Assembly (NCBI GenBank): GCA_951804945.1
Contig: OX638155.1
Span: forward strand, 31,000,001-31,064,000
Direction: 5' to 3'
DNA: 64,000 bases
Source: Podarcis cretensis
Lineage: Eukaryota
The first letter of the stretch is position 1. The number at the start of each line of letters is the position of its first letter. The position numbers and the translations under genes are program-made. The notes beneath the pieces are model-generated. The model made no database searches and was not told the DNA's origin. It was given only the letters and a program-made list of their open reading frames with translations. This document shows, piece by piece, positions 33,707 to 47,900 of the stretch.

Positions 33707-36700
33707 CACAACAAGGATTGTCTTCAGTATCACTTTATGCTCTTGCTCTCATCTTGAAAAGAAATCTATCCATATTATGCAAAGTAGAAAAATACATTTT
33801 GATACTATCCTATACTACACTGAAATGTTTTAAGTGTTTCTTTGATTGTCCTTGAATCTTCCCTCCACACTTGCCATCCTCTTCTGCCCCACCAGTATGG
33901 TGTGCCACACCCTTTAAGAACCACAGGCTTGGTTTATAAATATAATGGTGATGGGATGTGCTAGAAAAATCACAAAAGGGTCCTGGATTTTCCTTCCCCC
34001 TGACGGTTGGGGGGACCTTGCAAAATAGTGTTGGAAAGGCTGCTGACATTAGCAGAAGGGAAAGTGGCACTGGAGGGAATTTCCCCCTTCCATTAGTAGA
34101 ACAGCTGGTCCAAGGCACTTCAGTCTATGAAAAGGGACCTTTGCATCCAGCCTGGTGTCTGCATACAACACCCTTTCACACCTGCACACTCCCATTAGGC
34201 TCTATTTCATGTGGAAAGTCCATAGAATTACAAAAGTTGACCATGATGATGTTAGTTTGTCAGCACCTGATATCAGATTCCCCTATAGACCTAACCTAAT
34301 TGGTGCACATGACCCACTCCTTGCACCAATCAAAATGTGCAGAAGAGATATTAGTAGAATGCCAGGATTTTAAAAACCTTCTTAAAATGTTGTCTAAAAC
34401 CAGTACATCTGAAAGCAGAGTGTTGGACTTGTGATGACATCCATCTCCTGTAGAAAAGGAACTTACTTACCTTTGAAAAGATAGTTCCGCCCACTCACTC
34501 CCAACAGACAGGGCTATGCAAATCAGATGTTTAACTGCCATCCTGTGTAGAAGAGAGCTTTCTCCAGTCAGACACAGCAAGCAGGGAATAACTCCAGAGA
34601 TTCTTGAACGCTCCTGGATAATATAATGGTACCTCGGGTTACATACACTTCCGGTTACAGACTCCGCTAACCCAGAAATAGTACCTCGGGTTAAGAACTT
34701 TGTTTCAGGATGAGATCAGAAATTGTGCAGCGGCAGCGGGAGGCCCCATTAGCTAAAGCGGTGCTTCAGGTTAAGAATGGACCTCCAGAACGAATTAAGT
34801 ATGTAACCGGAGGTAATACTGTAAAGGGACAGCAGCCATTGACAACAAAGACGCAAGATCAAACATGGGTATCCTCTTGCCGAATTAGGACTGACTGAGA
34901 CCCTTACAGCAGGGTTTTTCAAAAGTAGGTCCCCAGCTGTTTCAAAAGTAGGTCCCTTCATCCCCAGTGGGGACCCAAGTTTGAGAAACCCTGCCTTACA
35001 GCCTGAGACTACCCCCACAACTCCCTCTAGCAGTAAGAAACACTTATCCAGGGTGGGGAGGAAACCCTTCATGCAGATTAGGAACTTAGCACAGGAAGTG
35101 TAGTATTCTCTTTCCCTACAGTAAAAATACATTCACTGTATTAAAAGCTGTATCCCTTCCACGGTGGGAGACCTGAGACACTATCTGCTCCCAGGCACAG
35201 AAGTAGACACTTTGTAAAACATGAATTCAGGTATTGATCCATTTCACCAGTATGGCTTTGAAGACTTCCTTTCCCACAGTTTTAGGGCGAAAGGGATACA
35301 CAAAGGCAGGGCTTTACTTAGTAAAAATAAAATAAAAATAGAGGCGCTGGTACTCGTGTATTGATAACAGTGCCATGAGTGTCAGCATAACATAGCTGAC
35401 ATTACAGCAAAAAAGAAAAGGTGCCGACACTTTACTAGTGAGTACTGTCACAAAAAAGCCATGCATGTAGCTTATCTCTGCAAAAGGAAATTCTGGATCT
35501 CTTTTAATTTCCTTGCCAGACATCTCAGTTCAGGTCTGACAGTTAACCTCTTGATGGCAAGGTTTGTGGAAATTTCCTAGCAGCTCCCCAACTAAATGGG
35601 AACATTTCATGAGTCTTAGGTAACCATAAATTGTTTTTAAATAAAATTGGTAATAAGGGATGCATTTGTATTTGTTCAAGACCATTGAAACATGTGCATA
35701 ACCACCTTTCATGTACAGACATGGGGGTGTACATACATACATAGCATTGCCCAGCTTTATTCAAATTGGTTTTGATTAACTCAACACTGTTTCATTTAAA
35801 GGCTGAATCCCATTATCCTCCAGTCCAGAAGCTTGTGACTCCGAAGACCGTTCCACTGTCAATGAGTCGTTCACAATATTTTAAACCATCTCTATCATCT
35901 GCTACTGAATCAGGCAAGATTCGACAGAGAATAGAGATGAACCATAAGGTATGTATGACTGTACACCATCTTTAACTACAAGCTCCCTCTTCCCCAATAC
36001 CATCACACCCTGATCTGATTGGGCAACCCAGTGGCTGCTTTACAGTTTAAACGCTCACACACTTCCTTATTCAAAACAAAATAAAAAAATTCCTTCCAGT
36101 AGCACCTTAAAGACCAACTAAGTTAGTTCTTGGTATGAGCTTTCGTGTGCATGCACACTTCGTGTGCATGCACAGGTATCTGAAGAAGTGTGCATGCACA
36201 CGAAAGCTCATACCAAGAACTAACTTAGTTGGTCTTTAAGGTGTTACTGGAAGGAATTTTTTTATTTTGTTTTGACTATGGCAGACCAACACGGCTACCT
36301 ATCTGTAACACTTCCTTATGACAGTATTAGTCTGATAACTAGGATTCCAGTGGATCCCTTTAAAAGTTGTAGCCGGATAAAAAGTTAATAATTGATTTCA
36401 CAATTAATCTAGTTCAACATGGGGGGTGGGACGGGACATTTTATTGGTATCTCATTCCAAACACACAGTCTAACACAGAAGCTTCTAGGGCACAATGTTA
36501 TCTTGAAATTCCTCATTGGGCTATCAGAAAGCCCTAGAGGAGAAAGTGGGAGAGATGAATAGGTGAAATACTATGCTCAATACTAAATAATCACAGTAGT
36601 CCAAAGAACCCCAGTAGCCTATTATTATTATTATTATACTTTACTTTACTTACAAACTAGAATCCAGTGTTGCAGCTTTGCACTATACAAGAAGACTTCT

Positions 36701-38854
36701 GCATCACGATAAACTCAACTTGCAGAATTAATGGAGCAGAATTAACCTCCAGGATAAAATTTACACCTGGGGTTGAACAGTGCATAGTAATAGGGTTTGG
36801 TTTGGGGGGTATACACAGAAATGTTCAGAATTATTTTATGGAAACTGAAAATGTATAAGCCAGTGCTCTTTAAGTGATAGAACTACAAAAAATGAAATTT
36901 ATGATGCAGAGAAAATGCAGGGTTATTTTGAGAACTTGCTGATGACAGAAAAGGCTTAGGTATTTTGCAGCTTTACCTTTCCATTTATTTCAATACGGTA
37001 GATTGGACTCCTGATGGGATTAGGGTTAAATTTTTTTTATTATTATTAAAAAAATGAAAAGGAGGGAGGGAAGAAGAAACCTAGAACAAAAGACCCCATA
37101 ATTGTTGAGAAGTTCATGGAGTATGACATGAGTAAGATTTACTAATGAGGTTGTACAAATATTTCAAGTTGCAAAAACCACACTAGCTTGTTTTTAAGTT
37201 GGCAGAAGTTTTTGAAAAGGAAATTCTTTTCACATTTTCTGCATTTTGTATCTCAGAATGTATCAGAGAAATTAAGTTCATTCTACTATATTCAATCATA
37301 GGTACTTAATTTTCCTGTTGAAAATAAATGAACTCGCTTATTTTCTGAGGGTTGTATCTAATGGCAGCTTTGCACTAGTGGAAGCTCTTCTGCTTGTGAA
37401 AAGCAGGGGAACCTGCCAGCCCGCCCCCTTACCAATTGCAGCCCATTTCACCATTACCCATGCAATTCTGGAGGGTCTCCCAACCCCGACCAGAAATTTG
37501 GGGAAAACAGGGCTGCACTGGGTAGGAGGGAATTGGTGAAAATCAAGTGTCCTACCTTGCCGAAGTGCTTCCACTACTGCAGAGCCGCTATTGGATCTAG
37601 CCCTATCTCTATGATCCTGCAGAATGTTATGTGGAGTAGGTAATTGCTGTAGACAGGCATTGTCACATGAACCTTGCTCACAAGAAATACAGCTTGTGGT
37701 GGAAGAGATTTATTTGGATAACTTCAGGCAGCAGGGGGCAGTAAAGGAGTACTTCTGCAAAAAGCCATATAAAGCTTAAGTGTACATGAGAAAGGCATTT
37801 GCGTAAACAAGGATCAGTGGCTTCCTGTTACATGCTCCAACGTTTAGTCTCTTTTTTTTTTAGGAATAGCGAATCAGAAAAAAAAGAATTAAAACCTAAA
37901 GTATTTTTTTATCCTTTTTTATCCTTTTTATCCTTTATCCAGGGAGTACAAGAGAAAAATCTGGCAGCAGAGCAGAAGATAGAATCACCAGAAAGGTATG
38001 TGATGTATATCCTAAATCTAAAAGACATATTATAATTGCTCTTATGGGTTTTTCATCAGTACCCTGTTCATTTGTCCCTTATGCAAAGGAGACAATTAAA
38101 TAATAGGCATAATAACAGAGATATGTTTATGTAAAAAGTTTCCAGAGGGGTAGCTGTGTTAGTTTTGTGTTGCGAAAACAGTAAAGAGTCTTGTGGCACC
38201 TTGAAGACTAGTCAGTGCTAGTATGGCATGGATTAGAATCCGCTTCATTCGCAATACAGTTCTTCAAGTTTATATACACACTAGGGCATGGATTTGAAGG
38301 CTGTGAGGTCAGAGGAAATGGAAATGCAAGAAGTGCAGTCAGTGTTTCAAGTGCCGCAATACTCTTCTCTGTTTTTACTTAGGAAACAGAAGTTCACATT
38401 TAACGCTGTGCCAAACCATGGGTTAATGTGAATGTGCTAGCTGCTGATATCGCATCTGCTTTCTTCCTCCCTGGTCCTTTAAGCTCAGCTCAGCAAGTCA
38501 GCTGTAATCCCCCCCCCCCCCCAGTTTTTTGCTTTCGTTTTCCCCGATTGCTAACTTTTGCCATTTTGGGCAGCGTCGCTTATCCCCTCCCCCCAGTATA
38601 TATTGATATATCACTATTATCAGTTTGCATATGCATCCTTTGTTGCTGCTTTGTTTGTAGGACCCCGCAAAGCTACATAACATATATTTGATTCTCTGTC
38701 AGCAGCGTCACAAACCCCAGGTTCAGTTCCTCTGCAACCAATGGGCTTCCTCCTTCAGTAGGAGTTGGTGGCGGCAAAATGAGAAGGGAAAGAGGTGTCC
38801 ACTATGTATCAAAACCTGCGCAAGAGGAGGTAAGAATATTTGTTCAACTACACT

Positions 38855-38904
<50 letters not shown>

Positions 38905-41900
38905 AAACAATGTGTATGCATGAATGAAATTGAAGTACTCCTTTATGGAGTAGTATGAAGCTTCAAAGCTGTTTATTCACAGCCTGATTGAATGGACAAA
39001 CTTAGTATTGTAGTCATTGGATGGAATCCAACCTAGGGCAAATGTTCAGCAGCCCAAGGATTTTTCTATGTCCAATGGCACACCTTCCTCCTGGGCACCC
39101 CTAAAGCTATTCCACGACTTCTCCGAACCTTCTGGAGCAGATTTGTGGAGGATGAGGAGGGGTGAAAGTCCTATTGCACAAGTGGGAATTCTTGCGCTGA
39201 CAGGACTCTCTAGTAGAATACTGTCCATTAGATTTAGACAGCTTTCCAAGCCTATGCTCTGCTTTGTAGCAGAATATAGGATTTATATGCAGGGTTCATA
39301 CTCCAATTTAGGAGTGGAAGAGGAGGGGAAAGTATTCTAATGATAGCTCTGCAAGGTGGCTGGGTGTGGCTGTGTATAGCACTAATCAGCACCAAGTCAC
39401 AGCAGCAGAAAGTTATAGCTCACTAGGTTTTTATAAATAATAATAATTATATTCCACCCATCTGGCCGGGTTTCCCATGTTTTGAGACATAGGTACAATT
39501 CATGGTATATTGCTTTAGCTATTACTGAGGAAGGCTCTGTTTCTGCGGCAGGTATAGGAGGGCACATGAGCTATAAAACAGTCAAATCTTGTATCACCCC
39601 AAATTTCATTTATTGTGGTGCTTTTATTTAACCTGTTTGTACTTTTGGTGTGGGGGTTGTTGTTTTTTAATTCTTTAGGATTTCATTGATAAGGTCAACA
39701 ACAGTTTCATTACTTGTTGGGTTGCTTTCATTTTTTCCTGCCGAAATAGGCTGAGTCGAACTAAAATGTAGGTTTCAGTGGAACTTGGAAAATAATTGCA
39801 TCATTGTTCCATTCTAGGAAATTGATATGCCAGTGCTACCAGAAATATCTTTGCCCATCAGTACGTCATCTTTGCCAAACTTCAGCTTTGGCCTGCTTGC
39901 TAGCGGTACTACTGTCTCATCTATGCCTGTCAGTTCTGCACAATCAGTGGCTAAAAAGGTAATTTGTGCCTGAATCAAGGTTTTGCTTGCATACTCTACC
40001 GTAGATTCACCCAAACCCTTTGTCTATTCACCTGACTTTAATTTTCAGCCATGTGCTATTTGAGAATACTTTAAAGGACAGCCCCACCCTTCACTGGCCC
40101 TTTCTTTGCCCACCCTGAGTGTGTCTGTCTGTCTGGAATGTATCCTTGAACTGTGAGAATGCTGCTTGCCTGGATGGAGAGAGGGTGCCTCTGACTTCTG
40201 CATGGCTAGGATGTAAGAGTTGCATTGGTTGCTTCACCCACTTTTGTTTCTGGTCCCAGCCCTTCACTGGCGTGCGATCTGTAAAAAAAATGTCCCAAGG
40301 CAGTTTGTGCTTTGGGCTTTGTAGCACCCCTACGGTAATGGTTCATGCTAAATGATTGTTGATAGTAACATGGTTGCCATATTGGTGATATCAAGGCAAA
40401 TGTTTTTTCTTTTTCTTAAAAAAACCCTGGCTTTTTATGCTTGTGTCAGCTACTCTGAGCTGCTGCATAGCAAGCTCTTTATGGGGGTGGCCTTGTTCAG
40501 TGCAACAGTTTGTCAAAAGTTTACGCAGCAAGCTTTATGGAGATAAGGCTTCAGTTCTCTTTGTAGGTTTTCCCCCTTTGGCAGTTACAAGAGCTAAGAA
40601 GTTAGGAGCTCAGAAACAGAATGGGTATTGTCAACAACAGCCATGTCCCTAAAATAATCCCGGAAACTGTTGTTTGTTAAGGGTTTCCTACCAGTTCTCA
40701 GCAATCTTTGCAAACTGCAGTTCCCAGGATTTATTGGGGGAAGCCATGACCATTAAAGTAGTGTAAGAAAGAGTGCTTTCAGGGTATGCTGTGGATGTGG
40801 CCCTACTGCTATAAACATTCACAAAATTGCTGTGTCTTATTACAAACTGCTTTTGAAACTCTCCTCAGTCCTCTAAACATCTTGTCATATGTTGTATAGT
40901 GTATAGGCAGAGAAAAGGACAGCTGCTGTTTGAGAAACGGAATGGGTTGCTTTGGATCCATGCCCAAAAGTCACCTTCCTAATTTGAGCACATTTGTTTT
41001 TGCATTATTAACCAGTGACTTGTAATTCACTTCATTCAAGCTATTAAAATGCATTTCTTTTAAATAATTAGGTGCAACCAGCCAGTAATGCTAGCAGTCC
41101 TGTGTACAGATTTTCATCTCCAATTGTAAAATCGACAGAAGCAGAAGTGCTGCCATCAGTGTCTGTAAGTAAAAAATGCATAAGTAAAACTTGTGACAGA
41201 AGAAAGACAGGAATGATAGAGATAAAAATATGTTTAATACTCACCTTGGAAATTCAGTGTTAGGAACCAGAAATCTGCAGTTCACATTTATGAGCCTATG
41301 TAAACTAGGCTGTTGTTTTCTTTTGACTTCTAAATTTTATCTCCTGCCAGGCTGGTGCATTCAAATTTAGTGTTCCTGTTGCAAAATCATCTGATCCTTC
41401 AGGGTCCAAGGATACCCCAGTATTGACTCAGAGTAATGCAGGTAATGAAGTTGGCATTTAATGCAAACATTTTCTCCAGGCAGGGAATTAAGATTGAATT
41501 TTGGTTAGGCTTTTAAAACTTTATATTCTGTGTGACATCAGAAGCAAATGTATTCCTGGCCTCCATTCTGAGTACAATCCAGTTTAAATAGAACCTTATC
41601 CAAGCATATGTGTCTGACTTCCAATGAAATATATCATTTAACTTCTATGGACAGCAAGTTGTTTGTGCTTCATCCAGTAAGCTACCTTATGGAAATTTTT
41701 AAGATGGGTTCTGTGTAGACAGGTGTGTGTTTGCATGTGTGTTGGTGGATCCTCATAAGTACACACAACAGGGGCCGAGCCATGAACCTTGTAAAAGGTT
41801 CTTCACCTATTATTTTCTTCACACCTGCAGCGGTCAATAGCATCAGCAGTAAGAGAGATCATGAGTATGATGGTCCCTTTAAGCCTGCAAAAATCCTGAA

Positions 41901-44900
41901 AGAAGGAAGTGTGCTGGATATTTTAAAGAGTCCTGGTGAGTCGGTTGATGAGATTTCATTTAGTAATCTTAGGGTCTTGGTTTTGAGTCTTGACATTGCA
42001 GGGAGTTGGACTAGATAACCCTCAGGGTCATTTCCAACTCTCACAGTTCTATGATTCTATGATTTATATGGCACTTTAAAGAAAACAGTTGTAGGAATGT
42101 TGCAGTGTAATAAGCATTCTATCAGTGCCAGCATTTCTGCTTGCCCTTAGGAATGATTTTCCCTCTCCTTCCTCTGTTGGGGGGGGCAGGTTCTCAGAGC
42201 CAAATGGGGGGAGGGGGAGAGGAGGCGGAAAGCCTCATTGCTTTGATGGAAGTAGTTGTATGGGCTTCTGCTAGCAGGATCGGGCAGTTAAATCTGGCCC
42301 TCTATATATTTTCTTAATCCAGTCTCATATATAATACCAATAATGCCAATTTTTGAAAAAAGGAATAGCCACATTGAGAAGAGAGTATTGTCTCCAACTT
42401 TCAAATATATTGCCAGCTTCCTTTAGGAATAGGGAATTTCAAATCAATTTCCATTGTTACCTACATTTCTCATTGCTAGACTCAAGATAAATCTGGATAA
42501 CATAAATTTTAGAATGTGGACCTTTCATTGGTTTGGTATTAATTACAAAGGTTTCAAACTCAGTTTTTGGTATAAATTTCTGTTTTGTTCAATAATTTGG
42601 TTGGAAAAGAGACTGCAAGTGCTAACAGTATGTATACATATTTGTGTAAGGGTTTCATGTTATGTGCAGTAATTTTTACCATACTATGATAGCCATTCTT
42701 CTTACCCAGCTATTTCTGTGCCTGCATAACCATATGCGCAGTATGGTTCATCAATGAATCTTCTGTTTTAAAATTGTTTGCTTGGCTTTCCTGTAAAAGT
42801 AGAGTCTTTGTTAGGAACTCAGACTATTTCCTTTTCTCTTTCTTAGGCTTTGCATCTTCAACCACATACTCATCCGCAGCCGCGCCACCTGTTACAGCAA
42901 GCACAGTAGTTTATACAAGGCCTGCAATAAGTACTTTCTCCGGAACTGTTTCAGGACTTGGAGATGCTTTGAAACAAGGGTCAGCCCATTGGCAGTGCGA
43001 TACGTGTCTTGTGCAAAACAAGCTGGCAGATAACAAATGTGTAGCCTGCCAAGCCGCTAAAGTGCCAATGTCAGATGGTACTAAGCAGACTGGTACTCAA
43101 TTTAACTCAGCCTTGAAAGCAGCTCATTCTACAAAGGGGACACAGGGCTTTGGAGACAAGTTTAAGGCAGCAGCTGGAACTTGGGACTGTGATACTTGCT
43201 TGGTCCAGAACAAACCGGAGGCTACAAAATGTGTGGCATGTGAGACACCAAAACCTGGGACAGGAGTAAAACCAGCCTTTGTGTTTCCTGCAGTCACAGA
43301 CAATGTAACAACAGTGACTTCCTCTTCTGGCTCTACTGATCTCGCAGTCAGTTTTGGATTTGGAGACAAATTCAAGAAGCCAAAAGATGCTTGGGAATGT
43401 TCTGTGTGCTTAGTGTCAAATAAGGCAGAGGATAGCAAATGTGTTGCCTGTCAGTCGGACAAACCAGGTGAGTTTGCCGTATTTGGTCATTGATTAGGGT
43501 GGGACATATCCAGCCATAATCCTAAACATCTTTATTACGGCATGGAACTTAGTTTTGAGGAAACAGGCATTGTGCTGTGTGAAGAACCCTGTGTTGAAAA
43601 GAAAACAATAGAGGACACCACTGAATATTTACTGGAGTTTTAATATGTAAGAACATATGGGAAGTACAGACTAACATTTCATGCGTGGGTTCCATTCCTG
43701 GCCCCTGCGCTCATCAGCGGAGCGTGCCCCGCCTTCATTCTGGATCCAAAAGGACCTGCGTGTCTGTGATTGCATGCCATTCGGACACGCCTAAAACGGT
43801 CACCACCTGTATCTGAGTTATATCCAGTGCTAGTCCCACTTGCAGTAGACCCATTGAATTTAGGGGGCATGACTAACAGGTTAATTAATTTCAGTGGGTG
43901 GGATTCACCTAATGCACCCTGTCAGCAGAAGCCCTGCACAACGACCTCAGCTTTCACAACAGGGCCCCTCACCTCATGTCCATGAAATTGGCTCAGGGGT
44001 TGGTGTTTCAGGAGACATCCCCCCCCCCACCAGGACAGCATGGCGGGGGTAATTTACCATTTGGCAAGCTGCAACACTTGCACAAACAGAACATTTTTAA
44101 TAGTGCATTGCTCAGTTCCACCTACTAGGTCTACACTGAGTAGAACTTAGTTGGATATTACCCCTCGATATGGGCCAATGGCCGTAATAAATCAAACTAA
44201 CTAACTAACTACCCCCATTTTACCTATTTAAAGTCCCTGTTCTCAACCCTTATTTTTGTCACTGTGGTATGGTAACCAAGCTAACATGGTGGTCAGCAGT
44301 TATAAATAGTGTCTCAGCCTATTGACACCTTTGGACAATATCAAAGTTTTGCTACTATATAATGTAGTAATGCCTTTTGTTTGAAGTAAAGTGGAGGGGT
44401 TCTGAAAAGAGCACATACTGTTTTTCACTGTTCCTTTCTGTATTTTTATAACTGATAGTTCATTCATCCATGTGACTTCAAGAAATAAACTTGACACTAG
44501 GACTAAGACGTCACCCTACCTGAAATTCTGTACTCATGTAGCAAACTAGATAGGCTCTTATGAACTTTAGTTTCACTCTGATTAAGTCTGATCTCTTCGA
44601 AGCCCAAACTTAAGGACAAGGCAGTTACCTTTTATTACCTTTGCTACCTGGATTTTATTTTGATAGTAAAACAATGCAGATTTTTATATTGTGTCCTTAA
44701 AATGGAAAGAAAATATAAGAACAGTAATTTTCTCCCAGTTATTCATGAAATAAATGGAATTTTATAGCTTTCTGAAACCATTTTGCATGTTACCCTGAAC
44801 AGTTAAAGTTCATGAGGTTGTCACTGGTATATTAATTACTATAGTACTGAATTTAAGAAGATAATTTCCCTTGTCAAAATTATGGTTCTGGTGATTTCAA

Positions 44901-47900
44901 AATACTCTAGTTGGTTTACAAATATTTTTCTCTTTCAACCTCACCTGAGATCTCTTATGAAGATGTTGAAGAAAATATCACCCATTTCCCCATAAAAATA
45001 TAGACATAGAAAATGTCATAAACTGGAATACCTAACAATTAAAAAGTATGGGCAACTTAATTCTTGCTTCAGATGAAGAATACACAAATAGCACTTGCTA
45101 GGACAGAGCAGAAAAAATTGCTAAATTCTAGGAGTATATATCATTTTAATTTAGATGGTTTAGATTGCTTTAACATAGCAAGTTTTCCTACTCTGACTAA
45201 GGGCAATTATTGCAGTTCGGATAATTCAATTTCTAAGTTTCTCTTGCAAGTTTCAAATAGGTATTTTCAGCTTTATGTTTTTGGTCTACATGGGCAGAAC
45301 TGCTAATGGCTTACTTTATGCTATGTTTCATTATCTAGGAAGTTCAGTGCCTGTGGTGAGTAGCAGTGCTTCCTCTTTACCTGCTCTTTCTGGAGGATTT
45401 CTAGGCTTAGACAAATTCAAGAAGCCGGAGGGAAGCTGGGACTGCGAAACATGCTTAGTACAAAACAAAGCAGATGCCACAAAGTGTGTTGCTTGTGAGA
45501 GTTCAAAACCAGGCAGCAAGACTGAACTCAAAGGTATGTAAAGAGTATAAATGCTCTCTCAAAAAACCATGTGTGCGTATTCTGCTCCTTAATTTTCTCC
45601 TCCTTTTTAATTTCCCCCTTTACCCACAACTCATGCTTTGACCTCTAAATAAGGAGAGCCATGCCCAGAAGCAGTTTTCTGCAGTTGTGTCACTTGTTGG
45701 GTCCAAAACTGCTGGGCTAAGTCAGATAAAAGTACCTGAAAAGTACATGTCAATGTGGATGAGAGATGCATATTCAAATCTATGTTAAGTGCACATTCAT
45801 TGAAAACAAAGGAGTGAATATAGATCACATCTGCAATGGATACACCTCCAATTTATCCCCATATCCTTTAAACTCCAAGAGATCCCCTCACCCTATCAAG
45901 TTAAGGAACCTTTGGGTCTAATTGCCCCCCCCCCCAACCATTTCTCCTCCAGGCAGCCAAAAGGCATTGTCTGATTTCAGGGATGCAGGCCAGCTGACAA
46001 AATCACTCAAGGGCTCAAGGCAGGGCCAGAAAGGGGTATGTTGTCTGGGGAAGTCCCAAGGACCAGTTAGAGAGGTCTAGAGAGTAGCATTTGTCCTGGG
46101 CCTAAGCTTTTTTTAATATATTTTTTTTATTACAAATTTCAACACAATAATTTTAACAAAACTACATCATCCACATTGTTTCCCCCTCCTTCCCCCCCCT
46201 AAACACAAAACCCAACCTCCCCCCCCCCGACTTCCCTCAGCTCCTTTCTCTGGTTTCTCAAGACATCTTTCTGTCTGCATATTATAAAATTGTAAAGATC
46301 CTCAAATTATCTCTCTATATATTACAATAAACAGTTTGTGAATGTTTATTCAAAACCTGCCAAAGAGTCCAGTTCATTTTGTTGCTTCTTCAGATATTTC
46401 ATAAAAGGTTCCCATTCATCTTTGAAATCAGTTATCCTTGTCACGTAGTTTGTGTGTCAATTTTGCCAATTCCGCATAATCCATCAGTTTTTCTTGCCCA
46501 CAGTTCTTTCGTCGGGATTTCCTCATTCTTCCATCCTTGTGCTATTAAGACTCTTGCCGCCATTGTCGCATTCATAAAAATATTTTTAAATTTCTTTGGC
46601 GGGTTTTCCCCCACAATCCCTAATAAGAAAGCTTCAGGCTTTTTCACAAATGTTAAATGAAACATTTTCTTTAACTCATTATATATCATTTCCCAAAACA
46701 TTTTAATTTTACTACAGTCCCACCACATATGATAAAATGTCCCTTCTTTTTCCTTGCATTTCCAACACATTCCTTTTTTTATCAGTTTTTATTGGTTTTC
46801 ATAAACATACATTATTCAACTTAACCAAACAATCGTTTTATAAATTCCCCTCTCCCCCTTGGCTTCCCTCCATTTCCATTTCTGGTTTGTTAAACCACTT
46901 GTTGCATTCTGTGGCTTATATATAGTAATATATTATCACACTGTTGTCTTTCTTGTTCTCTCTGATTACATTATGTATGTTTATTTAAACCCTGCCAAAG
47001 AGTCCATACTTTTACATTGTTTATGCAAATATGTTACAAAAGGTTCCCATTCTTTTGCAAAGTCACTGTTATCTTTTTCACACAGTTTATCTGTCAATTT
47101 TGCTAATTCTGCATATTCCATCAACTTTTCATGCCTTTGTTCTTTGGATGGTATTTCTCCCATCTTCCAGTTTTGTGCTATTAGAATTCTTGCTGCTGTT
47201 GTCGCATATATAAAGTGTCCTCAATTCTTTCTTCACATCTTGTCCTAAAATACCCAACAGAAAAGCTTCTGGTTTCTTTACAAATGTTACTTTTAAACAT
47301 TTTTTTCCAATTCATTATAAATCATTTCCCAATAATTTTTTACAAACTTACATTCCCACCACAAATGGTAAAACGTCCCTTCCTTTTCTTTACATCTCCA
47401 GCAAATCTTTTGTTCTGTTTTGTACATCTTTGCTAATTTAACTTGTGTGATATACCACCTATACATCATTTTCATGTAATTCTCATTTATTAAAGTACAA
47501 TCCGTAAACTTAAGATTTATCTTCCAGAGCCTTGTCCAATCCTCAAATCACCCATTCCTGAATCAGGAGCACATAACTGTACCTCCTGTAACTTCACTTT
47601 CCCATCTCTGCAGCCCTTTAAATGGCAGTTTCCCCCTCTTACAGAGGGGGAGGGAAGGAGGAGAGAAACTGGGCTTGGTGCGGTTGAGCACTTCATGGGG
47701 ATAGGTCCCCAGACTGAATGAAAGCAAGCTCTTCTCGATTTCCTTTTACTGAACCTTCCAATTCCGGTTAAAGGGGTCATGCCTGCATTCTGCTCTCTGC
47801 TGCCAGGAACTCTTGGCAGCCTGAGAGCGTTGTACATGTTTATTAACCCATTTGTAGCAATTGTGCTGCTGCTGCTGCAGTTTTCTACCTGCCCCCCCCC

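Noticed and set aside
36132-36170. Hammerhead on the - strand in the left arm of the inverted repeat
   Set aside because: The CUGANGA core is missing, replaced by a duplicated helix II sequence.
39679-39771. 93-nt candidate cassette exon in NUP153 intron 11
   Set aside because: It ends in TAG and would leave only about 46 nt of intron before exon 12, which is too short.
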